Source of the DNA: Eledone cirrhosa
Lineage: Eukaryota
DNA length: 64,000 nucleotides
Direction: 5' to 3'
NCBI GenBank assembly: GCA_964016885.1
Contig: OZ024761.1
Location: forward strand, 31,558,001 to 31,622,000
Part shown: in pieces, positions 31,319 through 45,250 of the stretch
Numbering within the stretch: the stretch's first letter is position 1
How the letters are laid out: each line of letters opens with the position of its first letter
Notes under the pieces: model-generated
Seen by the model: the letters and a program-made list of their open reading frames with translations, nothing else
Databases searched by the model: none
What the model was told of the DNA's origin: nothing
Program-made: the position numbers and the translations under genes

Positions 31319-31647
31319 TATCTAAAGACATTTCTTTCCAATTCCACCCCGTCCGTCCCTTCAATCTATCTTATTTCTCATTCTTTCTTCTGATGAAGGA
31401 TTAACGTCCGAAACGTTAAGACCCTCTTTCTGCTATTTCAAACGTTAACCTAATATATTCCTTCCATATACTGTACCGATTGTGTATCTAAAGACATTTC
31501 TTTCCAATTCCGCCCCGTCCGCCCCTTCAATCTATCTTATTTCTCATTCTTTCTTCTGATGAAGGATTAACGTCCGAAACGTTAAGACCCTCTTTCTGCT
31601 ATTTCAAACGTTAACCTAATATATTCCTTCCATATACTGTACCGATG
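31319..31647 (+). ncRNA. Tandem 166-bp units, each with a minimal type I hammerhead (cores at 31390 and 31556)
   Basis: UCUU-CUGAUGA-A-GGA(UUAACG)UCC-GAAACGUU-AAGA in both units, with palindromic stem III AACGUU. Confidence 0.75.
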
Positions 31648-32342
31648 TTTACCTTATACACATATATATACATATATATATATATACATAAACGGAGAAG
31701 GCTAATAGCGATACTCCGGCCAAATTCCAACTCACTCAACAAACATTAGGAAATACCTGAGTCTATTCCCAATTAAACGTTTGGGGTGGTAACTATATTG
31801 TATTGTGTGGATAATTGGCTGTATTATTTCATATGGCATATATCAATTATATCATTTTCCAGACAAATCGTTTCATTATAAGATTTCTACAAGTTGGGTG
31901 AAATTATACCAAGTTATGTAGAAGCTTATGTAAGATCAATAGATATGTTTCTTTTAATTGCCACCAGGGCATCAAAAGTGGGACAAGTACAATGGGGGGA
32001 GTTTACAAAACAAGGCGTCCTCAATAAGGAGGAGGCAATAACAAAATATAAAAATAAAATAAAATATAACAAAAAATAAAATTTATAACAAAGTCCTCAA
32101 TAGAGAGGAGGCGCCTTGGGGGGTCGCACACACCCCCGAAAAAAGTGTGCAACCCTTTTCCTCAGGAGCACAGAGAGGGGGTGCTCCCTCGTTCCTTCCT
32201 CTTTTCCACCTACACTTATTCAAGTGGGCTCTTAAATCTTCAATGGGTACCCAATAACATTAATATTGATAACCAAATCAACATCAATATATATATCTAT
32301 ATATATATATATATAAATGAGATAAATATCTCTCTGAGTACT

Positions 32343-32707
32343 AAGTACCCATAGAAAGTAAAGTTCATCAGATAGCTATTTCCATCCTATAGGACTAAGT
32401 CCCACGGTCTGCAAATATAATGCCAACTACCAGCTCGTATGAGTTATGGCCGTTAAAGTGACCCACACGTGAACCGGCCGCTAGTGAAAGTGGGAATATT
32501 ACAGACGTGTTGATGGCTTTGCTGCTAAAAAAATAGCAGTAAGCAACAACGAATTTTTTTCTCTACATAGATTGGAGAATATATAAAAAATAAGTACCCA
32601 TAGAGATATATAGGGTGTCTATAATATAAGTAGTTGGCATTATATTTGCAGACCGTGGGACTTAGTCCTATAGGATGGAAATAGCTATCTGATTAAATTT
32701 ACTTTCC
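32343..32707. repeat. Inverted repeat (~75-bp arms), probably Penelope-derived
   Basis: 32353-32430 is the reverse complement of 32630-32707. CTGATGA is on the minus strand of the left arm. Confidence 0.65.
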
Positions 32708-32880
32708 GTTGGAAATTCTCTGAATTGCTAATCTTTTGTAAATGGAAACCGCCGGTAATAGCATTATGAACAGGTAGATATTTAAATAATTTTTAAATTT
32801 ATTTAGAGGATTGTTTAATGTTTGTTTGTTCTGCTCATCAATTTTTATATATATATATATTTATAAATTCTCGCTGAATT

Positions 32881-32916
<36 letters not shown>

Positions 32917-33619
32917 AATTCAGCGAGAATCGCATTTCGGCGGGCAGAAAAAGCGAAACGAAACGCAAAATCAGAGTTATGCTGGCAAGCGCTCTATAGT
33001 TAAAAAAACCCAGAGCTAAACATATATTTTAAAACGCCATACAAACTGAAAAAGTGGTCAAGAAGGCATTAACCACCTAAGCCAAAAAACAAGTCAAGCT
33101 AAACAGGTCAAACAAAATACATGATATATATATATAAAGAAGGAATTTGTAGTTTACTTGAAGCATTGTATATGGTATAAAGAATTCGAAGTTTGAAAGC
33201 CACGACAATGCGGGTTTGGGTAGAGAATAATTAAATTGTAAGAAACAGGGGTTGTTTTGTTTTTTTACCTTAATTTATTCCTGATATTTCGAGATTAATA
33301 TGTCTTCTTCCGAGGAAAAATATGAATATATATATATACATACATATATACACAGTGCGGCAAAAATACCTCCCACATTTTAATTGGTCTTATGTTTCTG
33401 ATCCAAATGAATTTGTTGGGCAAATTGATTGTATATATATATATATAGGGCGACAGAGAAAATTATTTGTCACTAGCATTTTTGGACATCTCAATAAAAT
33501 AAAACCAGAGAAGCATTTAAAATATAGTTTAGCTAATACCAAAACATCGATTAGTGGAAAATATAACTAGACAAACACATATCAGTTTTAGCTCGTATAT
33601 TGTCCCCGACTGCAGGGAG

Positions 33620-33682
<63 letters not shown>

Positions 33683-33786
33683 AAATATTTCGTATCTCCA
33701 AAGAAATACGGTTTTAGGAAGCCGTAGCTATGAAAACACCGGGGGTCTAACGCCCTCTGGTGATGTCCTGCAAAGCAAGGGGGACA

Positions 33787-33830
33787 ACCGTCTATGCATT
33801 TCAGGATTAACTGGCCATCGTCAGGACGGT
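33787..33830 (-). ncRNA. Minimal type I hammerhead ribozyme
   Basis: ACCGUC-CUGACGA-UGG(CCAGUUAAU)CCU-GAAAUGCAUA-GACGGU. Perfect 6-bp stem I. Lies within an island bounded by (TA)n. Confidence 0.7.
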
Positions 33831-33873
<43 letters not shown>

Positions 33874-34057
33874 AGGGGGAGAGCGACTTATTACACTAAA
33901 TATGATGTCGTTTAGGTACAATTGTTTCTCTGGCTCTCTATTTCAAGTTTCGCTGAGATGGGTCCCAGATCCTCAGCTTACATTCACGTCATTTAATTTA
34001 ATTATGGCTATTCTTTACTTAATTATGCTACACTAATATATATATATATATATATAT

Positions 34058-34727
34058 GAAAATGTATGACCCCGACGGCAGAGCTCAAGCCGTTTCGACG
34101 GCTATTCCTTACCACAACTCCTTCGTTATCTAGCTCCTACCTCCGTAGTAGAGCACTTTCCGACCCTACCACGCCATATCCTGACTTTTCCACCCAGCTC
34201 AAGTTTCATTACCCTCGCCATGCGAAAACACAATATCGACTTCTCCACCAAGAACATCCCAGTTCCACCGAGAAAACTTTACCTTCGGATGCTCACGCCC
34301 AAAATCGACCTTTTTGCGAAAAGACTAAAATGGAGAACATTTTTCTACGATAGATACCGGGGACAACCAGGACTTCGACACCAAAGAGAGATTCGGATTC
34401 AATACCTACAAATCTCCCCCCCCCCCCCACCGAACCCTATGCTCTCACCCTTTGAGAACGACCTTTTCCACCTGGTCAAGGGTATTAAATTCAAACCCAG
34501 ACACAACAGATTCCTACAACTCCGTAGCAAAATAACGGAGTATGAAAGCACCAACGACATCCTGGTGCACTCGGACAAAACTGAAGAGTCCAGAAATAGC
34601 CGTCGAAACGGGTTGAATTCTGCCGTCGGGGTCATACATTTTCCTATTACCCACTCTACTACCCTAAGTATTGAGTACTCTGGTGCGTTATGGTCCATCT
34701 GGTTCCTTACCACAACGCCTTCGTTAT
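34058..34727 (+). mobile_element. Internally deleted Penelope-like retroelement with an N-terminal ORF fragment
   Basis: Inverted pLTR piece, then a pLTR end (ccttaccacaac.ccttcgttat), then the ORF from 34220 (FSTKNIP...KRLKWRTFF...FENDL...HSDKT, frameshifted). pLTR 34581-34725 begins CTGAAGA...GAAACGG...GCCGTC. Flanked by (TA)n. Confidence 0.75.
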
Positions 34728-35002
34728 ATATATATATATATATATGGTTGTGTGTAATCTACAATTAATCTTCTATATCTGTGATATATTTGCGGTCAAA
34801 TAGGTGTTTGTTTACAATTACTATTTATATTGTTTATAAAATAAAATATTTGTTTATAAATTCTTTACAGATATTGACATTGCATACAAGTGTATAGTTT
34901 TAAAATTGTATTAAATATATTTAACTTGATTAGAAATGTATTTTTAATTACAACTGTTCCAGGCATTTACGTAGTTTAGAAATTATTTATAAATACTTAC
35001 AC

Positions 35003-35190
35003 TGTTTACAAATATATACATTTGTATATATGTTTACAAATATATACATTTGTATATATGTTTACAAATATATACATTTGTATATATGTTTACAAATATA
35101 TACATTTGTATATATGTTTACAAATATATACATTTGTATATATGTTTACAAATATATACATTTGTATATATGTTTACAAATATATACAAA
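35003..35190. repeat. 28-bp AT-rich minisatellite, about 6.5 copies
   Basis: tgtttacaaatatatacatttgtatata units. Confidence 0.9.
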
Positions 35191-35278
35191 TTTGTTTATA
35201 TGTGTGTTTACGAATATATACATACTTTCTTTCCAAACATTTGTCATGAATTACTTACACTTATGCATTGCTTAATAA

Positions 35279-35781
35279 TCTATTATATAAATGTGAAATG
35301 GGCGAAAATTATCTGATACAGGCAAAAGGGTAGTACCAATGCTCTGATTACATTAATGTAAAAGGTGCCGAGGAAGCGACAGGTCTACCTGGGGTTCTCT
35401 AAATTGAAAAATGTGGTCTCTAGGGCAAAAAAAAACGGTCTTTTTCTATCGATTTTACCTCTCTATAGTTGCTTAGCTTTACTCTCTCCGTCTCTCTTCC
35501 TTCTCTATCTATAATAGATCATTCCCTCTCTCTATAATAGATCATTCCCCCCTCTCTATAATTTAACTGCTTTACTCTCTCTGTCGCTCTTCACTCCCTA
35601 TATGACAACACTGCAGAGAGAGATAGGCCGTTAGACAGAGAGAGATACAATTAAAGTGTTATATATTCAGAGAGAGAGAGACAGAGAGGGACCATGAAAC
35701 TTTAGTTAACTTTCAGTAACGTGTTATATATCTTTGATCTGTCGTCGCCCGCATAGCACACACACACGCACACGCACACGC

Positions 35782-35849
<68 letters not shown>

Positions 35850-37439
35850 TAGTTATATAAAGCTGAGCGTCGTGTGTGTGTGTGTATGTATGTATGTATC
35901 CTACACACCTCCCTATACTATTTAACCTAAAATACTTTTATATCCATCTCTTAGTGAAGCATTTCCAATTCATTATACGTAAACAATGACTTAATTTTTC
36001 GCTTTTAGCTCAGCATTTTACATTCAATGCCTCCCTTTTTGAATGCAACTTTTTATTGAAACGACTATGGGCTCTCAGTGGTTCAGTATTTAACCTAAAA
36101 TACTTTTACACTGCTTCTATACTATGCCTCCAGTGGTATTGCGGCGACACTGTTACATGGCGGTCGTACGGCACACTCCGCATTCAAATTGCCTTTGGAC
36201 ATTGCAAAGAAGGAGAATCCTACATGTAGAATAGATCGTGGCGACCCTAAAGCACATCTTCTTTCTGGGTGCTGCCTGATCATATGGGACGAGGCTACCA
36301 TGAGTCACAAGGCGGCCTTTGAGGCTCTGTATCGAACTCTCAAGGACTTGCGTCGGAACTCACGCGTCATGGGTGGAGCGACAGTACTGCTGGCTGGCGA
36401 TTTCCGACAGACTCTTCCTGTTATCACTAGAGAGACTAGAGCTGAAGAAGTGAACGCATGCATCAAGTCGTCCTACGTATGGCAGTATGTCCACAAACTA
36501 CATCTGACTACCAACACGAGAGTGCATGTGCATGGTGACGCAGACTCCATCGATTTCTCAAAACATCTACTGGAAGTTGGTAATGGAACTACACCTGGAG
36601 TGGATGAAGAACATATCCGTCTGTCTTTTGGGAACTTTGTGTCAAACATTGACGAATTAATGTCATCTTCATTTCCAGACCTTGAATCACGATTGCATGA
36701 TCACACCTGGCTGAAAGGGAGAGCTATTTTGGCACCACACAATGTCACTGTTAACGTGATGAACCAAAAACTACTCGATCCCGGAAATGAAGTCTCCTTC
36801 AAGTCGATTGACACCAATAAAAACGCGGACGACGCCGTCATCTACCCAATTGAATTCCTCAACAGTCAACTACCTCCAGGACTTCCTCCTCGTGATCTGA
36901 AACTGAAGGTTGGTGTGCCAGTTATGCTGCTGAGAAACCTGGATGCACCAGAACTATGCAACGGAACGCGTTTAATCATAAAAAAATAAGGACCCAAATT
37001 CTGGACACAACCATTTTGAGCGGACCCGCTGCTGGCGTGACCAGGTTAATTACCCCTATGAGCCTTAGTCCCTCTGACGTCCCCTATGAATTTACGCGAC
37101 GGCAGTTTCCCATAAAACTCTGCTTTGCAATGAGCATTAACAAAGCACAAGGACAATCGCTGGAAGTGGTTGGCCTAAATCTAACACAGCAGGTATTTGC
37201 CCATGGTCAACTATACGTCGGATGCTCCCGCGTCGGCAGTCCACACAATCTCTTCATTTGTGGTAACCCGGGCAACACCAGGAACGTTGTCTACAATGAA
37301 GCCCTGCAATAACATCTTTGAACCCTACTCTACCCAACGTCTCTCTGTCAAACCACTCTCTTCACGTCGCCCCTCAACTTATTAACTTAATAAAAAGTGG
37401 CCCCGAGTAGCCCCGAGTGTAACCGGGCTCAACTGCTAG
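35279..37439 (+). mobile_element. Internally deleted Helitron
   Basis: 5' A|TCTATTATATAAA. 3' hairpin agccc...gggct (37409-37429) and CTAG|T. Contains a PIF1 helicase remnant. The 5' boundary is less certain: a second 5'-like motif lies near 35850. Confidence 0.8.
36110..37312 (+). pseudogene. Helitron RepHel PIF1-family helicase, C-terminal part, frameshifted at ~36985
   Basis: ASSGIAATLLHGGRTAHSAFKLP, WDEATM, AGDFRQTLP, LLRNL..CNGTRL, RQFPIKLCFAMSINKAQGQSL and HGQLYVGCSRV are present. Walker A and the Rep domain are absent. Confidence 0.9.
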
Positions 37440-37624
37440 TTAATATATATTTATAACGTCTTTGCATATATTTGCATTATTTTATAATCAATCTATGTTT
37501 ATAAACTGTCAACATATATTTACATTTTTACAAATGCATGTTTGTTTACTTATATATATATGTGTGTGTGTTTATATATATATAGAGAGAGATATGTTTA
37601 TATATATATATGTGTGTGTGTGTT

Positions 37625-37660
<36 letters not shown>

Positions 37661-37715
37661 TGTTTATATGTTTATATATATATGTGTGTGATTATATATG
37701 TATATATAGAGATAT

Positions 37716-37782
<67 letters not shown>

Positions 37783-38047
37783 AATAATTATTGTATGTTT
37801 ACAAACTGACTACACATGCTGACAATTTCCAACCCAATTTATGTTTATAAATCCTTTATATTTAATTACATTTCTTACAAATCATTGAATGTTTACAAAC
37901 TGCTGCCAGATATAAATATTGCTTACAAATTGACCAAAATTTAACGGATTATTGTATATAGAAAAAGGTGGTGGTGGTGGTGGACACGTAGATTATTGAA
38001 CATAAACGGGGGAGTGTACCATTGGAATCGCGCATAAAAATCATACA

Positions 38048-38101
<54 letters not shown>

Positions 38102-38689
38102 ACTACGTTTTCAGTTCATGCTGTCCACCGGGGCCACGGGGGGGGGGGGCCCATCGCGTGCGCCCCCATTTGCTTATATTAGTGAGAGATGGAGAGAGCG
38201 AGAGAGGCGGCGGTGGTGACAATGGAAATTTGGTGCTATTATGTTCAGTCCTTGTCAGGAAATTTTGGGGGTTTCTGTAAAGACAGGTAGGCAGTCGTTA
38301 GAAGGTCGTGTAAAACACTTTATGGTATTCGTTCGGGCTTTCTGCTTTCTGAGTTCAAGTCCCACCGTGGTCAACTTTGCCTTTAAGTAAAAACATACAT
38401 TAATAATTCATTTCTTTACCAATCTTCGTTCTTATTCCATTCACATTAATGGCTGACAACAACAAAACAACAACAACAATTACAACAATAAACAAACACA
38501 CAAACAAAGCTTGTCACCGAACTAGACATATGTTAATATTGTCCAGGGTCCTGAAACCTTTGGTATTGGAGTAGTTATATATTGTGTTGTTCACTTTCTA
38601 ATTAAAGAGCTCTGTTCTACACACAGAGCACTCTTTTTCCTTTGCTTTTCCTTCGGAAATACTTAACATACACACAACACACACACATA

Positions 38690-38773
38690 TATGTGTGTGT
38701 ATATATATATATATAGATACATATATACACACATATATATATATATATATATACATGTATATATATATATGTA

Positions 38774-38819
<46 letters not shown>

Positions 38820-38987
38820 TATATATATACACACACACAAACACACACATATATATATGTATATTTATATAGATGTATATATATATATATATGTATATGT
38901 GTGTGTGTATATATATATGTGTGTATATATATATGTGTGTGTGTATATATATATGTGTGTGTATATATATATATATATATGTGTGTG

Positions 38988-39018
<31 letters not shown>

Positions 39019-39187
39019 ATATATATATATGTGTGTGTGTATATATATATATATGTGTGTGTGTGTATATATATATGTGTGTGTATATATATATATGTGT
39101 GTGTATATATATATATATATATGTGTGTGTGTATATATATATGTGTGTGTATATATATATGTGTGTGTGTGTGTATATATATATATG

Positions 39188-39220
<33 letters not shown>

Positions 39221-39803
39221 GTGTATATATGTATATATATGTGTATATATGTATATATGTGTGTGTATATATATCTATGTGTGTGTGTGTATATATATAT
39301 ATATGTGTATATATATATATATATATGTGTATATATATATATATATGTGTGTATATATATATATATATGTGTGTATATATATATATATATATGTGTATAT
39401 ATATATATGTGTATATATATATACATGTGTGTGTATATATATATATACATGTGTATGTATATATATATATATATGTGTATGTATATATATATATATATGT
39501 GTATGTATATATATATATATATGTGTATATATATATATATATATGTGTATGTATATATATATATATATGTGTATATATATATATATATATGTGTGTATAT
39601 GTATATATACATATGTGTATGTATATATATATGTGTGTATATGTATATATACATATGTGTATGTATATATACATATGTGTATGTATATATACATATGTGT
39701 ATGTATATATATATATGTGTATGTATATATATATATGTGTATATTTATATATACATGTGTATATATATATACACATATGTGTATATATATATATACATAT
39801 GTG

Positions 39804-39860
<57 letters not shown>

Positions 39861-39901
39861 GTGTGTGTATATATATATATTTATGTGTGTATATATATAT
39901 A

Positions 39902-39946
<45 letters not shown>

Positions 39947-40040
39947 ATATATATATATTTATGTGTGTATATATATATATACATATGTGTATATATGTAT
40001 GGTATATATATATATGTATGTGTATATATATATATGTATG

Positions 40041-40093
<53 letters not shown>

Positions 40094-40152
40094 ATATATA
40101 TATATGTATATATCTATACATTCACACACACACACACTATATATATATATAT
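38690..40152. repeat. (TA)n(TG)m compound microsatellite
   Basis: Direct inspection. Confidence 0.95.
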
Positions 40153-40400
40153 AAAGAGCGAATGTTGTTTTGACACGTTTGTGCATCTTAAAATCTTTCT
40201 ATGATAATTCATTCTCCTTCTATGATGTAGCATTGATTGATTATATATCGATTTTAACAATCCTTTCATACATTCCATCGATATTTCAGCTTTATCTCAT
40301 CTACTAATATCGATTACTACGAATCGTACAACTAAATATTTCGTTGTTCTTTATATACTTCATCAGATCACCTAAACCTATCTCTCTCTCTCTCTCTCGC

Positions 40401-40434
<34 letters not shown>

Positions 40435-40484
40435 CGCCTCTCTCTCACCCTCTCTCTCTCTCTCGCCGCCTCTCTCTCTCACCC

Positions 40485-40524
<40 letters not shown>

Positions 40525-40743
40525 TCTCTTTCTCTCTCTTTCTCTCTCCCTCTCTCTCTCGCCCTCTCTCCCTCTTTCTCTCGCCCTCTCTCCCTCTCTC
40601 CCCCTTTCTCTCTCTCCCTTTCTCCCTCTCCCTCTCTCTCTCTCCCTCTTTCTCTCTCCCTCTTTCTCTCTCTCTCTCTCTCTCGCTCTCTCTCTCTCGC
40701 CCTCTCTCCCTCTCTCTCTCACTCTCTATTTCACTCTCTCTTC

Positions 40744-40774
<31 letters not shown>

Positions 40775-40959
40775 TTCAAACTTCTTCACTCGGCTGTTTT
40801 CTGAAGAAGGTTCTGAAGAAGGCTGTGAAGTGTGTGAAGGAGTGTTGGCTTGGTGGTTAAGGGTGTTCCACTCACGATTAATTCGATTCCCAGTGGGGTA
40901 TTGTACCCTTCAGCAAGACACTTTATTTCCGAATGCCATTAAAAAAACGTCTGTTTCAA

Positions 40960-41552
40960 GTCCGGAGGATCATCCCGTTTCCTGTGGCGTTAAACGACTG
41001 AAAGTACAAGACTTACCCCTGGCTGGACAGGGCGCCTGTCCATCATAGGGTTAATGTCTCTCTGTCTCAAACCTGGAGGCTCCCCAGGCCTGATGCTTAT
41101 CCTGGTTTTTCGTGGTGTTAAACGACTGAGAGTACCAAACTTACCCCTGGACAGGACGCCAGTCCATCATAGGGTTAATGCCTGTCTCAAACCTGGATGC
41201 TCAACAGGCCTGGTTCTTATCCTGGTTTTTCGTGGTATTAAGGGACTGAGAGTACAAGACTTCCCCCTTGACGTGACACCTGTCCATTCCAGGGTTTAAG
41301 CTTCCAGCTATGTTCAGCTGAGGGACGTGAAATGAAGTGTTTTGCTCAAGAATACAACACAACCCGGTCAAAGTATCGAACCTATGACATTATAATCATA
41401 AGTCCAACACCGTTACCATTAAACCACATGTCTTCATGGTGTTAAGTGACTGAAAGTACAATACTTCCCCCCTGGAAAGAACGCCAGTCCATCACAAGGT
41501 TTAAACACTCAGTTATTGCTGCTGGTACTCGTTTTCAGCTGAGTATACTGGA
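40960..41552 (-). mobile_element. Tandem fragments of a V-domain-like SINE
   Basis: Repeated ccctggacaggacgccagtccatc..agggtt motif. Another copy at 48830-49092. Confidence 0.6.
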
Positions 41553-42519
41553 GAAACGTGAAATGAAGATGATTGTGTGCATAATCTAATTTAATCTAAT
41601 CTAATCTAATCTGGCCGAGTTTACACTCGCAAATAAGAAGAACCAGGGCCGCCCCAAGGAGTATTGGATTTGGTGTACTTCATATTTGTTTCGGTTGCTG
41701 AATACAATCAGGGGTCGCTGCTTCTCCTGGAGGTCAATAGTTCTCTTCTAACTCGAGCGGGAGCGCCTTTCGATTGTCAATTTGCATTGATCATCTGCAA
41801 AGCTGCATTGTTCTCAGAACCACTACACCAGTCTTTCCATGTGTGCAGCTGGAACTACTGCCACCCATTGATTTGGCATGATCTTTTTTTTAGATGCCGT
41901 TGACTCTTATGAGTGCTTCCGCCCTTTATCAGGTTTTGATTTTTGTCCTGCAGGGTGTCCAAAATCACTCTCCTCACCTAGTAAACTTGGTGGGGCTGCC
42001 GGTTTAGTCGCCGACAACCCGACTATGCGACAGGTTGTGCTGGGTTACATGCTGTCAGTATCACTCGAGAGTGACCTGACATAAAATGTGCTTAATGAAT
42101 GGATTAATTCATAGGATGATTGAATGACAGATTCATAAAAATGATTGATTTATAGAAACACTAAGAGATTGATTGGTATCGATTAGGTGACAGATGGAGT
42201 GATTGATTGAATAATTAATATTGTGGGTGGGTTTTAAAAAAGACTGAATCGACTGGAAGATTATCGATTAAGTTAACGTCTGATTAGTTGGCTAGATAAC
42301 TGATTGATTTATTGATTGTATAATTAGTTAATCGATATATGATTGCTGCCATCACCATTCTTGCATCAGATTTAGATATGTCTTGTTAAAGGTCACCCAT
42401 CTCACTGCCAACCAGACTCTAGCTATACTTAACGTTATCGATCTTCTCAATGAATGCTAATGTCAGTCATTTTTTTTCTTACCAAATTAGGAAATAACAG
42501 ACTAAAACGAGCCAATAAG

Positions 42520-42960
42520 GGAGCCCCATACGTGGTCGCTTGGTCTTACTAGTAATAGCAACCAAACGCCCCTCATATAGTACACTGCTGTATTAGAAAA
42601 CACGGAAAATTCATAGGCTGACCAAGATACTCTCATGGTGTGACCAAATGAGGTAACCCATACATGGCCGCTTGGTCTTACTAGAAATAGCAACGAAAGG
42701 TCCCTCGTATTGCACACTGTTGTCTTAGAAAACACGGAAAGGTTTATAGGAAGACCAAGATACTCTCATGGAATGACCAAATGAGGAAGCCCATATGAGG
42801 TCGCTTGGTCTTACTAGAAATAGGAATCAAACGTCCCTTGTATCACACAATGCTGTCTTAGAAAACACAGAAAATAACATTAGAAAGTGTAGTCCTAAAT
42901 ATATATAAAATGGAAGAGTCGAGGTCGGAACACCTTTGATCATAGTTCTCCTCAATAAAG
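42520..42960 (+). repeat. Three ~124-bp tandem copies of a dispersed repeat (ggtcgcttggtcttactagaaatag); related units at 52870-53700
   Basis: Visible tandem periodicity and the shared ctagaaata..agcc motif. Confidence 0.6.
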
Positions 42961-43371
42961 ACTTCATTGTGTAACACATACAACAGTAGGATAGAAAGGG
43001 AGAGAGAGAAAGTGAGAAAGAAATTTAGAGGAAGAATCTACCCCAGTACTAGATCAGGACTTTGATTTTATCGACCGCAAAGGGATGAAAGGCAAAGCTG
43101 ACCTACGGCCTTTCTTAGGCATTTTAAACCTGGCGCAGCCCATCTCGCTCCAGGCCCGAGTAGAGCAGATTTCTTCCCGAGAAAGATAGAAAGGGAGAGA
43201 GAAAGTGAGAAAGAGATATAGAGGAATAATCTATCCAAGTATTAGACTGGTACTTTTATTTATCGACCTTGATAAATTAAAAGTAAAGTTGACCTCGGTG
43301 GGATTTGAACTCAAAGAGCAGAAAGCGGGAACCCAACGTTCTAACGATTCGACCAATTCGCAGTGAAGGAT

Positions 43372-44772
43372 AGAGAAAGAGTGAGAGAATGGAAGTAAGA
43401 AAGAGATATAGAAGGAGAATTAACCCCAGTTAAGTACCAGAGAAGGAGTGAGAGAATGGAAGTAAGAAAGAGATATAGGGGGAGAATTAACCCCAGTTAA
43501 GTACCAGAGAAAGAGTGAGAGAATGGAAGTAAGAAAGAGATATAGAAGGAGAATTAACCCCAGTTAAGTACCAGAGAAGGAGTGAGAGAATGGAAGTAAG
43601 AAAGAGATATATTAGGAGAATTAACCCCAGTTAAGTACCAGAGAAAGAGTGAGAGAATGGAAGTAAGAAAGAGATATAGGAGGAGAATTAACCCCAGTTA
43701 AGTACCAGTGAGAGAATGGAAGTAAGAAAGAGATATAGGGGGAGAATTAACCCCAGTTAAGTACCAGAGAAAGAGTGAGAGAATGGAAGTAAGAAAGAGA
43801 TATAGGGGGAGAATTAACCCCAGTTAAGTACCAGAGAAAGAGTGAGAGAATGGAAGTAAGAAAGAGATATAGAAGGAGAATTAACCCCAGTTAAGTACCA
43901 GAGAAGGAGTGAGAGAATGGAAATAAGAAAGAGATATATTAGGAGAATTAACCCCAGGTAAGTACCAGAGAAAGAGTGAGAGAATGGAAGTAAGAAAGAG
44001 ATATAGGAGGAGAATTAACCCCAGTTAAGTACCAGAGAAAGTGTGAGAGAATGGAAGTAAGAAAGAGATATATTAGGAGAATTAACCCCAGTTAAGTACC
44101 AGAGAAAGAGTGAGAGAATGGAAATAAGAAAGAGATATATTAGGAGAATTAACCCCAGTTAAGTACCAGAGAAAGAGTGAGAGAATGGAAGTAAGAAAGA
44201 GATATAGGAGGAGAATTAACCCCAGTTAAGTACCAGAGAAAGTGTGAGAGAATGGAAATAAGAAAGAGATATATTAGGAGAATTAACCCCAGTTAAGTAC
44301 CAGAGAAAGAGTGAGAGAATGGAAGTAAGAAAGAGATATAGGAGGAGAATTAACCCCAGTTAAGTACCAGAGAAAGTGTGAGAGAATGGAAGTAAGAAAG
44401 AGATATATTAGGAGAATTAACCCCAGTTAAGTACCAGAGAAAATGTGAGAGAATGGAATTAAGAAAGAGATATAGGAGGAGAATTAACCCCAGTTAAGTA
44501 CCAGAGAAAGTGTGAGAGAATGGAAGTAAGAAAGAGATATATTAGGAGAATTAACCCCAGTTAAGTACCAGAGAAAGAGTGAGAGAATGGAAGTAAGAAA
44601 GAGATATAGGAGGAGAATTAACCCCAGTTAAGTACCAGAGAAAGAGTGAGAGAATGGAAGTAAGAAAGAGATATAGGGGGAGAATTAACCCCAGTTAAGT
44701 ACCAGAGAAAGAGTGAGAGAATGGAAGTAAGAAAGAGATATAGGAGGAGAATTAACCCCAGTTAAGTACCAG
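43372..44772. repeat. 67-bp satellite, about 21 copies, fused to an OK-like SINE body (44770-44915, -)
   Basis: Period of 67 bp (gtaccag at 43434 and 43501). The unit resembles the purine-rich SINE-adjacent segments at 6220-6295 and 43180-43255. Confidence 0.9.
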
Positions 44773-45214
44773 ACTGGTACTTTTTTTTATCGACCTTGAA
44801 TGGATCAAAACTCTAAGTTGACCTCGGCGGGATTTGAATTCTAAGAGCAGAAAGCAGAAACAAATACCGCAAAGTATTGTATCAACGTTCTAAAGACTCT
44901 GCCAATTCCTCGCCTTTTCTTCAATAAATATAATGTAAACATTGTTGCTTCAATTAAGAGGAAAATCTAGCAATACAATTCTTCATGCGACTCTCTTCAT
45001 GATTTGTAAACTGTTGTTTGGCTGGTCAGATGACATTATACAGCTTGGACAAGTTTTGCCAATTTCAGATGAAATGATCAGCTTGGTCGGACAATTCGGC
45101 TGATAGCCAGACACATTGAGATTATTGATCTTTCTCAATCACTCTATATCCTGATATCTCAGCTGTAAAACATGTATATATATGTTTGTATATAAATGTG
45201 TGTGTGTGTGTATG

Positions 45215-45250
<36 letters not shown>

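Noticed and set aside
36189-37312. Host PIF1 gene
   Set aside because: It is intronless, lacks Walker A, is frameshifted, and lies within Helitron termini.
43372-44772. CRISPR-like array
   Set aside because: There are no unique spacers, the whole 67-bp unit repeats, and the context is eukaryotic.
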